Assembly (NCBI GenBank): GCA_963615405.1
Contig: CAVEHG010000001.1
Coordinates: 1 to 42,751 of the forward strand
Direction: 5' to 3'
Source of the DNA: a bacterium
Lineage (GTDB): Bacteria > Bacteroidota > Bacteroidia > Bacteroidales > UBA932
Length of the DNA: 42,751 nt
In this document: piece after piece, positions 17,971 through 26,641 of the stretch
Layout: the number at the start of each line of letters is the position of its first letter
Position numbering within the stretch: the stretch's first letter is position 1
Notes under the pieces: model-generated
The model's input: the letters and a program-made list of their open reading frames with translations, nothing else
What the model was told of the DNA's origin: nothing
Databases searched by the model: none
Translations under genes and position numbers: made by a program

Positions 17971-18006
17971 CCTGCGCACTAGGCGAATTGCTGCGTTGTG
18001 CAGGTG

Positions 18007-20319
18007 CTATCTCCTGCGGCCGCGGCGGCCGGTAGGTTTGGTTGACTCGATGATGGACTTGCAGTCGGCCTCGGTGAGGGCGGCCGCGTCGGTCTTTGAC
18101 GGAATCTTGTAGTTGCCTCCGTCAAACTTGATGTAAGGGCCGTAGTTTCCGTTGATTACGGTGATTCCGCTCTCCTTGAACTCAGCAATGATCTCATTCG
18201 CCTTCCGGTTCTCGCTCTCTTCGATGAGGGCGATGCATTCGTCCAGACTCACCGCGAGAGGGTCGGATTTCTTCGGAAGGGAGACATTCCTGTCGCCGAA
18301 TTTGAGGTAAGGGCCGAAGCGCCCCTTGGTGCAGATTACCGGGATTCCCCTGTACTCGCCGACAGTGCGCGGAAGCTGGAAAAGTTTGAGCGCATCCTCA
18401 AGCGTCAGAGTCTCGATGAGCTGTCCCGGAGCGAGATTCGCGAACTGCCGGCCTTCTCCCTCACCCTTCTGGACATACGGACCGAATTTGCCGAACTTCG
18501 CCACGAGAGGCTGTCCGTCTGACGGGTCGTTGCCGAGGGCGCGGCTGACATGGCTGTACTCCCCGTTGTGCAGGCAGTCATCCACCGTCTTGTGGAACGG
18601 AGCGTAAAAGTCGCCGATCACGCTGTTCCACTTCAATTCTCCCGAAGCGATTTCGTCAAGCTCGTTCTCCACGTTAGCAGTGAAATTATAGTCGAGTATG
18701 CCGCTGAAATTTTTCACGAGGAAGTCCGTGACAATGACTCCGATGTCCTGCGGAAGGAGTCTGCCCTTCTCCGCGCCGACAATCTCGATGCGGTCTAGTG
18801 CCGAAATCACCCCGTCCCTCATCTTCAGGTCCGTGACTTTCACCTCCGTCCCCGGTTTGTCTCCGATTGTTACATATCCCCGTGCACGGGTGAGCGTTCC
18901 GACTATGGTCGAGTAGGTTGACGGGCGTCCGATCCCGAGTTCTTCGATTTTTTTGATGATGGTGGCCTCGGAATAGCGCTGCGGAGCTGCCGTGAAGCGG
19001 CACCCGGCTGTCATCTCCACCTGCTGAAGGCTATCGCCAGCCTTTATGTCCGGGATGACGGTCAGCTCGTCGTCTTCCTGACGGTCGTCGTCCCGTCCCT
19101 CGATGTAGAGCCGGAGGAATCCGTCGAACAGAATCCTGGTGGCCTGCGCCGTGAAAGTGCCCTCAACCTTGCCGGAAGAGATCTTTACATCCGTCCGCAG
19201 GGTCTTTGCGTCGGCCATCTGGGAGGCCACTGTGCGTCTCCAGATGAGTTCGTAGAGTTTCTTCTCCTGAGCCGTCCCGTCGATGGAAACGCGGTCTATG
19301 TAGGTCGGGCGGATGGCCTCGTGGGCTTCCTGCGCACCCTTGGATTTGGTCTTGTAGTTGCGCACCTTTGAGTATTCATCGCCGTATTCCCTGCAGATAT
19401 ATTCCTTCGCGGCGTTTATCGCGAGCCCCGAAAGGTTCGTGGAATCGGTACGCATATAGGTGATGAGTCCGCTCTCGTAGAGGTTCTGCGCAATCCTCAT
19501 CGTCTGGCTTACAGGCAGGTGCAGTTTGCGGGCGGCCTCCTGCTGGAGAGTCGAGGTGGTGAACGGCGCGGCCGGCGTGCGCGAGCCTTCTTTGTCTTCG
19601 ATGCCGCTCACCGCGAACTGCGCCCCGATGCATTTGCCCAGAAACGCCTTCGCCTCCTCAAGAGTGCCGAACTTCCTGTCCAGTACCGCCTTGAGGAATG
19701 TTCCCGTGCCCGTGTTCTCCGGATGGAAAAGTGCGTCTATGCGGTAGAACTGCTCGCGGGAGAAGTTCTGAATCTCCCTTTCCCTGTCCACTATCAGCCT
19801 CAGAGCCACCGACTGCACACGGCCGGCGGAGAGTTTCGGCTGCACTTTTCTCCAGAGCACCGGAGACAGTTCGAATCCGACCAGACGGTCGAGCACCCGG
19901 CGTGCCTGCTGGGCATCGACGAGGTTCATGTCGATGTCTCGCGGATTCTCCACGGCGTTCAGTATGGCGGATTTCGTAATCTCCTGAAAGGTAATCCTTT
20001 TCGTATTCTCCTTCTTCAGCCCGAGCGTTTCATAGAGGTGCCAGGAAATGGCCTCTCCCTCGCGGTCGGCATCGGACGCAAGCCAGACCGTGCCGGCTTC
20101 CGCGGCGAGTTTCTTCAGTTCGGAGACAAGTTTGCGCTTGCCGGCGGGAACCACATATTCCGGCTTGAACCCGTTCTTTATGTCGACGCTCAACTCATTG
20201 TCGTGCAGATCCCTGATGTGGCCTTCGCTCGACTTGACGACATATTTCCCTTTCCCCAGATATTCCTGAATTTTTTTCGCTTTCGTCGGAGACTCGACAA
20301 TTACAAGATTTTCCGCCAT
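18007..20319 (-). CDS. topA: DNA topoisomerase I
   Basis: LVIVESPTKAK, ASDADREGEAI, SAGRVQS, catalytic LITYMRTDS, and C-terminal G(K/R/N)(F/Y)GPY repeats. Confidence 0.97.
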   Translation of the reverse strand: MAENLVIVESPTKAKKIQEYLGKGKYVVKSSEGHIRDLHDNELSVDIKNGFKPEYVVPAGKRKLVSELKKLAAEAGTVWLASDADREGEAISWHLYETLGLKKENTKRITFQEITKSAILNAVENPRDIDMNLVDAQQARRVLDRLVGFELSPVLWRKVQPKLSAGRVQSVALRLIVDREREIQNFSREQFYRIDALFHPENTGTGTFLKAVLDRKFGTLEEAKAFLGKCIGAQFAVSGIEDKEGSRTPAAPFTTSTLQQEAARKLHLPVSQTMRIAQNLYESGLITYMRTDSTNLSGLAINAAKEYICREYGDEYSKVRNYKTKSKGAQEAHEAIRPTYIDRVSIDGTAQEKKLYELIWRRTVASQMADAKTLRTDVKISSGKVEGTFTAQATRILFDGFLRLYIEGRDDDRQEDDELTVIPDIKAGDSLQQVEMTAGCRFTAAPQRYSEATIIKKIEELGIGRPSTYSTIVGTLTRARGYVTIGDKPGTEVKVTDLKMRDGVISALDRIEIVGAEKGRLLPQDIGVIVTDFLVKNFSGILDYNFTANVENELDEIASGELKWNSVIGDFYAPFHKTVDDCLHNGEYSHVSRALGNDPSDGQPLVAKFGKFGPYVQKGEGEGRQFANLAPGQLIETLTLEDALKLFQLPRTVGEYRGIPVICTKGRFGPYLKFGDRNVSLPKKSDPLAVSLDECIALIEESENRKANEIIAEFKESGITVINGNYGPYIKFDGGNYKIPSKTDAAALTEADCKSIIESTKPTGRRGRRR

Positions 20320-20448
20320 GGTATTTTATGTTTGGTTCCGTATTCCGTATGTACGCAACTTGAATTTTACATTATTATGGTATGGTGCAATTTTCATTTG
20401 CGGCTGCAAAGTAACGGACAATTCGCCCATATTTCCAAATTTATTGAC

Positions 20449-20456
20449 TAATTTTG
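20449..20456 (+). promoter_or_regulatory. -7 element TAATTTTG for PBP1A
   Basis: TAnnTTTG match in the topA/PBP1A divergent region. Confidence 0.6.
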
Positions 20457-20502
20457 CGGCTTTGTACGGAAAATTCGTTGTATCATACCGTTTGTATCAC
20501 AT

Positions 20503-22878
20503 ATGACCGAAAATACGAGAAAAAAGATAGTGCGATGGTTCTGGGGACTGTTTTTCGCACCGATATGCCTGCTTGCGCTGATGCTTCTGCTCGTCTGGGC
20601 TTTCGCCGACATTCCTTCATTCGAGGAACTGGAAAATCCGGACAGCAAGCTTGCGACGCAGATCATCGCCTCCAACGGCGACATTCTGACGACCATCCAC
20701 GACGAGAACCGCCTCTATGTGAGCTACGATGAACTTTCCCCCTATCTCGTGCAGGCGGCGGTGGCCACGGAGGACTCCCGCTTTTACAGCCACTCAGGGA
20801 TAGACTTCTGGAGCCTCGGACGCGTGTTTTTCAAGACTCTTCTCGCCCGTGATTCGAGCCAGGGAGGAGGAAGTACCATCACCCAGCAGCTCGCCAAAAC
20901 CCTCTACCCGCGCGAGGACGTGAGCAGCAAGGTTCCCGGATGGTCGAAGGTGAAGATGGTGTGGATCAAACTGAAGGAATGGATTACGGCGGTGAAGCTT
21001 GAGAGGAACTACACCAAGGACGAGATTATGGATATGTATATGAACGCCATATTCTTCGGCAGCAACGCCTACGGAGTGAAGGCGGCGGCGAGGACTTTCT
21101 TCGCGAAAAATCCGTCCGAGCTCACGGTGGAGGAGAGCGCGACTCTGGTCGGAATGGTGAACAAGCCTACGCGCTACAATCCTGTCCTCAATCCGGACAA
21201 ATCGCTGTCACGCAGGAACTTCGTGATTTCGCAGATGGAGAAGGCCGGATATCTCACCGAGGCGCAGAGGGACTCGATCCAGCAGATTCCGATAAACGTG
21301 TCCTCCCATCAGGTTCAGGACCACAACGCCGGACTCGGACCATATTTCAAGGATATGCTCATCCGCACGATGAAGGCGACACGACCACGCCGCAGCGACT
21401 ATTACTACGCCGAGGACTATGCCGCCGACTCGCTCCGCTGGGAGACTGACGGACTTTACGGCTGGCTTGACAAGAACCGCAAGGCTGACGGCTCTAAATA
21501 TGACCTCTACCGCGACGGACTGCGGATTTACTCGACCATAGACAGAAATATGCAACGCTATGCGGAGGAAGCCGTGGCGGAACATCTCGGAAAGGATCTT
21601 CAGCCCTCTTTCTTCCGTGAACTCAGGCACAATTCCCACGCACCGTTCGCTTCCGACGTGGATTCCGAGACGAGAGACCGCCTGATGAAGCAGGCACGCC
21701 GCTGGAGCGACCGCTACCGCACGATGAAGCGTGACGGCAGATCAGAAGCCGAAATTTCCAGGAGTTTCGGAGAGAAAACCCAGATGAGGGTGTTCTCGTG
21801 GAAGGGGAAGGGATATATCGATACCCTGATGACCCCGGACGACTCCATAAGATATTACAAGTCATTTCTTCGGGCGGCGTTCGTCGCGGTCGAACCGAAC
21901 ACCGGGTTTGTCAAGGCCTATGTCGGCGGACCGAACTACCGCTGGTTCAAGTATGACAACGCCCGCCAGGGGAAGAGGCAGGTCGGATCGACCATCAAGC
22001 CGTTTCTCTACTCGCTTGCGATGCAGGACGGGCTCACCCCCTGCACCGAGGTCGTGAATGTTCCGCAGACCTTCATAATCGGCGACGACACCTGGACTCC
22101 GCGAAGCACCGACAAGGACGAGTGGATCGGGCTCACGGTCACTTTGAAGTGGGGTCTTACGAAGAGCTCCAACAACATTTCGGCCTACCTGATGAAGCAG
22201 TACGGCCCGCACGCGATGGCGGAAATGATGCACAAGATGGGGATAAACGGCCATCTCGACGAGGTGGAGTCGCTCTGCGTCGGTTCGACTGACCAGATGC
22301 CCTACGATATGATTGCCGCCTACAACACCTTCCCGTCCAGGGGTATGGCCGTCACTCCGATGTTCGTCACTCGAATCGAGGACAACACGGGCAACACGGT
22401 CGGGGAGTTCACGAACCACAAGAAAGTGGCGGTCAGTGAATATACGGCCTACGAGATGGTGGATATGATGCGCTCCGTCGTGGATCACGGAACCGGAATC
22501 AGGCTTCGCGCGAAGTACGGGCTGAAGGGCGAGATTGCCGGAAAGACCGGAACGACGAACGACAACTCCGACGGCTGGTTCATAGGCTACACCCCTTCGA
22601 TTACTGCAGGTGTGTGGGTCGGCGGCGAGGACCGTCAGATTCACTTCAATTCGACTGCGCTCGGAGGAGGCTCGAATATGGCCCTGCCGATCTGGGGACT
22701 GTTTATGAAGAAGGTCCTGAAGGATGGAACGCTCGGGGTGAGCGAGGATGACCGCTTCACTCCGCCGTCAGGAGTCGTGATGAATATCGGCTGCGATGCG
22801 CTTGCAACAAAGGCTCCGGGGGAGAAAAAGACCGAGGAGACGAAGGAAGCGGAAGAGGAGAACTATTATTTCGAGTAG
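20503..22878 (+). CDS. mrcA: Class A penicillin-binding protein (PBP1A)
   Basis: Transglycosylase ATEDSRFYSH and GGSTITQQLAK. Transpeptidase GSTIK, SSN and KTGT. Confidence 0.9.
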   Translation: MTENTRKKIVRWFWGLFFAPICLLALMLLLVWAFADIPSFEELENPDSKLATQIIASNGDILTTIHDENRLYVSYDELSPYLVQAAVATEDSRFYSHSGIDFWSLGRVFFKTLLARDSSQGGGSTITQQLAKTLYPREDVSSKVPGWSKVKMVWIKLKEWITAVKLERNYTKDEIMDMYMNAIFFGSNAYGVKAAARTFFAKNPSELTVEESATLVGMVNKPTRYNPVLNPDKSLSRRNFVISQMEKAGYLTEAQRDSIQQIPINVSSHQVQDHNAGLGPYFKDMLIRTMKATRPRRSDYYYAEDYAADSLRWETDGLYGWLDKNRKADGSKYDLYRDGLRIYSTIDRNMQRYAEEAVAEHLGKDLQPSFFRELRHNSHAPFASDVDSETRDRLMKQARRWSDRYRTMKRDGRSEAEISRSFGEKTQMRVFSWKGKGYIDTLMTPDDSIRYYKSFLRAAFVAVEPNTGFVKAYVGGPNYRWFKYDNARQGKRQVGSTIKPFLYSLAMQDGLTPCTEVVNVPQTFIIGDDTWTPRSTDKDEWIGLTVTLKWGLTKSSNNISAYLMKQYGPHAMAEMMHKMGINGHLDEVESLCVGSTDQMPYDMIAAYNTFPSRGMAVTPMFVTRIEDNTGNTVGEFTNHKKVAVSEYTAYEMVDMMRSVVDHGTGIRLRAKYGLKGEIAGKTGTTNDNSDGWFIGYTPSITAGVWVGGEDRQIHFNSTALGGGSNMALPIWGLFMKKVLKDGTLGVSEDDRFTPPSGVVMNIGCDALATKAPGEKKTEETKEAEEENYYFE

Positions 22879-22948
22879 TCGCCGTATATGGGAGAGGTTT
22901 CATCTGATGGGATGACGCCGGGATTTTGTGAAAATTTTTCGAGAAGAT

Positions 22949-23989
22949 ATGAGTAATTATAAAAATATCGCCGTAATCTACGGCAGCGATTCTTCGGAGT
23001 GGGAAATTGCCGTAAAGAGCGGGCGCTTCACTGCATCGAAGATTGACGGAAGCAGGTACGATGTCTATGAAATATTCGCACGTTTCGGGAAATGGAACGT
23101 CGTCGCCTGGAGGCCGAAAGGCGGAGAGAGGACGGAGTTTCCGGAGGGAGCGCAGCCGCAGATTGACAAGACTGATTTCTCTGCGGTGATTGAGGGGAAA
23201 AAGGTGAATTTCGAATATGCCTACATAATGCAGCACGGAATCCCCGGCGAAAGCGGACAGATGCAGGGATATTTCGAGATGCTCTCCATTCCGTTCAGTT
23301 CCTGCAGTTCATTCGTTTCCGCCCTCACTTTCGACAAATTCTCCTGCAAGAACTATCTCAAGGATGTGGATTTCGTGAAGTGTGCAAAGGACATTTTCAT
23401 CCGCAAGGGGGAATCTCTCGGGGGATTGGCTGAGAAAGCGGTCTCAAAACTCGGACTTCCTTTGTTCGTTAAGCCTACCGACGGAGGGTCCAGCTTCGGC
23501 GTGACGAAGGTGAAGAGGATTGAGGATTTCGACGCGGCGGTCCGTTTCGCGTTTGAAGACAGCGATATGGTTATCGCGGAGGAGGCAATCCAGGGCAGGG
23601 AAATTACCTGTGCGGTCTATCGCGACACCTCCGGGGAGCAGGCTCTCCCTGTCATCGAAATCAGGACTTCCCACGAATATTTCGACTATGACGCGAAGTA
23701 CAACGGCTTCAGCGAGGAGATCTGCCCGGCGCCGCTCGATTCCGAAACCACCGCGCTCGTCCAGGAGACTTCCCGGAAAATCTACGCGCATCTCGGCTGT
23801 TCAGGCGTGGTGAGAGTGGACTACATCCTTTCGGACAGCGGCCTGTATGTCCTGGAACTCAACACCATCCCCGGGATGACCGCGGCCTCTCTCGTACCGA
23901 AGATGGTGCGCACCGCCGGAATGGATATGACTGATTTCCTCAGCACCGTCATCGAAAATTCCCGCCGCTCCCCTAAAAGGTCGGAGTGA
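22949..23989 (+). CDS. ddl: D-alanine--D-alanine ligase
   Basis: GSDSSEWEIA, HGIPGESG, FVKPTDGGSSFG, FDYDAKY and ELNTIPGMT. Confidence 0.95.
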   Translation: MSNYKNIAVIYGSDSSEWEIAVKSGRFTASKIDGSRYDVYEIFARFGKWNVVAWRPKGGERTEFPEGAQPQIDKTDFSAVIEGKKVNFEYAYIMQHGIPGESGQMQGYFEMLSIPFSSCSSFVSALTFDKFSCKNYLKDVDFVKCAKDIFIRKGESLGGLAEKAVSKLGLPLFVKPTDGGSSFGVTKVKRIEDFDAAVRFAFEDSDMVIAEEAIQGREITCAVYRDTSGEQALPVIEIRTSHEYFDYDAKYNGFSEEICPAPLDSETTALVQETSRKIYAHLGCSGVVRVDYILSDSGLYVLELNTIPGMTAASLVPKMVRTAGMDMTDFLSTVIENSRRSPKRSE

Positions 23990-24033
23990 AGGGAAATGCC
24001 AATCCCCCTCTCGATATATCTTAAGATTGGTAT

Positions 24034-25026
24034 ATGTGGCTGAAGGATTTGTTTGACGAAGGGCGCAGGGCGCTGGAGGGGGAATATCCTTCCGCGCGGG
24101 AGCGTGATGCGCTGCTGGATGTGCTTCTGGGCGATGTGCTTCACCTTCAGCAATATGCAAGGTTTACCGATCCCTTTCTCGAAATTGGGGAAGGAGACTG
24201 CGGAGCATTCCTTTCCGCTGTCCGCAGGCTTTCGGAGGGCGAACCTCTTCAATATGTTACAGGTTGGGCAGAGTTTTACGGACGGAGGTTCAATGTCTGC
24301 CCTTCGGTGCTCATTCCGCGTCCAGAGACGGAGGAACTCTGCCGGATGGTGATTGAGAAGGTTCGCGGCGGGGCGTCGCAGCGGGGTAATTCAAAATCCG
24401 GTGCCTCCCTGTCAAAAGGTGATTCTGCTCATTTGGGGCCTGATGAACGCCGTGTAACTTCTTCGGCCGGCCCGAGGATTCTGGATCTGTGTACCGGCTC
24501 CGGGTGCATCGCGTGGACGCTGGCGCTTGAACTCCCGGGCTCCGCGGTCTGGGGTGTGGACATTTCCGAAGATGCTCTTGAAGTGGCTGCGGGACAGCCG
24601 TTTGGCGGATCAGGGGATGGAGACACCGGAAATGGCGTCGTGCACTTCGGCGCGGCTTCGTCCGTCGCTCCCCATTTTGTGAAATATGATGTACTTGGCG
24701 GTCCCGATGTTTTTCCCGAAGACGGCTTTGACGCGATAGTTTCAAATCCTCCGTATGTCCGCGAGAGCGAGCGTCCTCTGATGCGCCGCAATGTCCTTGA
24801 ACACGAGCCTTCGCTCGCCCTTTTCGTACCTGACGAAAATCCTCTGAAGTTCTACAGGGCCATCCGGGACTGGGCCCGGCGGCTTCTCGCTCCGGGCGGG
24901 CTGCTGTTTCTGGAGATAAACGAGGAACTTTCAGAGGAAACGGAAGCACTTTTTTCAGATTTTTCAAGGCACGCGATTTTCAGCGACTGTTTCGGGAAAC
25001 CGCGCTTTGTCGTTGCTGAAAAATAG
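24034..25026 (+). CDS. prmC: Release factor glutamine methyltransferase
   Basis: GEPLQYV, VLIPRPETEEL, LDLCTGSGCI and IVSNPPY. Contains two G/S-rich insertions. Confidence 0.93.
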   Translation: MWLKDLFDEGRRALEGEYPSARERDALLDVLLGDVLHLQQYARFTDPFLEIGEGDCGAFLSAVRRLSEGEPLQYVTGWAEFYGRRFNVCPSVLIPRPETEELCRMVIEKVRGGASQRGNSKSGASLSKGDSAHLGPDERRVTSSAGPRILDLCTGSGCIAWTLALELPGSAVWGVDISEDALEVAAGQPFGGSGDGDTGNGVVHFGAASSVAPHFVKYDVLGGPDVFPEDGFDAIVSNPPYVRESERPLMRRNVLEHEPSLALFVPDENPLKFYRAIRDWARRLLAPGGLLFLEINEELSEETEALFSDFSRHAIFSDCFGKPRFVVAEK

Positions 25027-25092
25027 CCCTGCAGCAGTCTGCGGCGGTGTTTCGTGTCATCTCCCGGCATCCGTTTCCGCAGCGTCCAGCCA

Positions 25093-25112
25093 AAAAGTTT
25101 GCGCAAACTTTT
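25093..25112. promoter_or_regulatory. Perfect 20-bp palindrome, candidate operator
   Basis: aaaagtttgc|gcaaactttt, ~140 bp upstream of the lipoprotein ATG. Confidence 0.4.
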
Positions 25113-25250
25113 CAGATTTCCACCAAATAAATACCCATTACAGAAGGCTCTGTGGCCGTTTTTGCAGATTATCCGCTGAATGTTTCATTCAACGGATAGT
25201 TGGTTGTTTCTTTGTGGCGGATAAAACTTGTCGTCATAAACTTTATTGCT

Positions 25251-26624
25251 ATGAAGAGTCTGATATTTAAGGAGTTGAAACTCACTGCATGGATTGTTTC
25301 CCTGCCGCTGCTTTTCTCCTGCGAGAAGGAGATTCATCTGAAACCCGTCGAAACGGAGGGGAGTCCTGTCACTCTCGACGTTGTCGCGGAAATGCTTTCT
25401 GAACTGCCGCTTGAACAGGAACATTTCCGGGAAGTCCATTCCGCCGTGGAATCCTCGTCCGGGAACGGATATGACGAGGAATACACTATGTCGGATCTGT
25501 TCGCCTCCCCGGGGAAGGGCGTGGGAGACACGCCTACGAAGGCCGCCTCCACTTCCAAGGCCTTTTTGCGGCCTCTGCGTGAACTGATCCGGGAGCACGT
25601 CCGTTCGTCCGTGGCCACCAAAGCCGCCGGGGATTCCGCCTACGGGGACGATGCCGAGGCCTATCTTGCCGCCCTTGAATCGTCCGATGTGCAGATTTAC
25701 TGGCCGTACTCCGAAAACTGGGACGGAGAGTCTTTGCCAGTCTTTACCTTCGACCCCGGAGACGGTTCGGAGATCAATTTCGGCTACCGGGTCCTGAAGG
25801 ACGAGTTCGGGGAAACCACCATAGAGAAGATAGAGGTGACGGAGGACTATGCCGAGAAGAACCCGGTCTGGGTGGTGAACAGGAACTCGGACTGCGGTTT
25901 CACCTCGCTCGAAATAATGCGCCGGGAACATCCTGAATGGGAAAACGGGGGCGGCGCGCTGATTGTCGGCGGCAAGAGACAGGCAGGCGGCGTTCCGCAT
26001 CTCGCTGATTCAGGCGTGTCCGGATTCGCCGGCGGTTCCACGGACATCACCGGCGGTTCCACAGACATCACCGGCAGTTTTACAGACATCGCCGGAGACT
26101 CCACGGACATCGCCGGAGGAATAACGACAAAAACCGGCGGAACCGGGCTTAAGACACTTGTGCTCAAGGAATTCACTATGAAGCGCAATTACGACTGCTG
26201 GTTTGCCGGAGGCTCGGAGTTTTTCATCAAGGCGGGTTCCGTCTCTGATTTCAGCGCTGCCACGGAGGCTGAACTGAAACTCTACAGCCCGATGGTTACG
26301 GACTTTATGCTGGTGGTCAAGCGCAATCAGAAAGGGCAGGCGCTGCCGTTCAACACGGTGCTGATCTCCGACTGGTCGGAGCAGCTGGACAAGGTGGCGT
26401 TTATGATTGTCGAAGATGACGGCGGCAGCGTAGATCAGTGGAAATGTTCCGCCGTGGTCAAAATCAAGTCAAAAAGTTACGGATTCGACATCTCGCTTCC
26501 GTTCAACTCCCGTGACGACATCGTCTGGCGCGGTCAGCTCAGCCGCCGCTATATCGATGCCACCAATAATCTTGTCGGACATTTCGGGGACGTGGATATA
26601 ACCTTCGAGGTCATTGAACTATAG
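25251..26624 (+). CDS. Hypothetical lipoprotein with internal GGSTDIT repeats
   Basis: MKSLIFKELKLTAWIVSLPLLFSC lipobox-like signal and a long ORF filling the gap between prmC and the U32 gene. No family recognised. Confidence 0.8.
   Translation: MKSLIFKELKLTAWIVSLPLLFSCEKEIHLKPVETEGSPVTLDVVAEMLSELPLEQEHFREVHSAVESSSGNGYDEEYTMSDLFASPGKGVGDTPTKAASTSKAFLRPLRELIREHVRSSVATKAAGDSAYGDDAEAYLAALESSDVQIYWPYSENWDGESLPVFTFDPGDGSEINFGYRVLKDEFGETTIEKIEVTEDYAEKNPVWVVNRNSDCGFTSLEIMRREHPEWENGGGALIVGGKRQAGGVPHLADSGVSGFAGGSTDITGGSTDITGSFTDIAGDSTDIAGGITTKTGGTGLKTLVLKEFTMKRNYDCWFAGGSEFFIKAGSVSDFSAATEAELKLYSPMVTDFMLVVKRNQKGQALPFNTVLISDWSEQLDKVAFMIVEDDGGSVDQWKCSAVVKIKSKSYGFDISLPFNSRDDIVWRGQLSRRYIDATNNLVGHFGDVDITFEVIEL
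26029..26112. repeat. 4 x 21-bp coding tandem repeat
   Basis: ccggcggttccacggacatca and three progressively diverged copies. Confidence 0.9.
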
Positions 26625-26641
26625 GCGGGCGCATTTTATGA

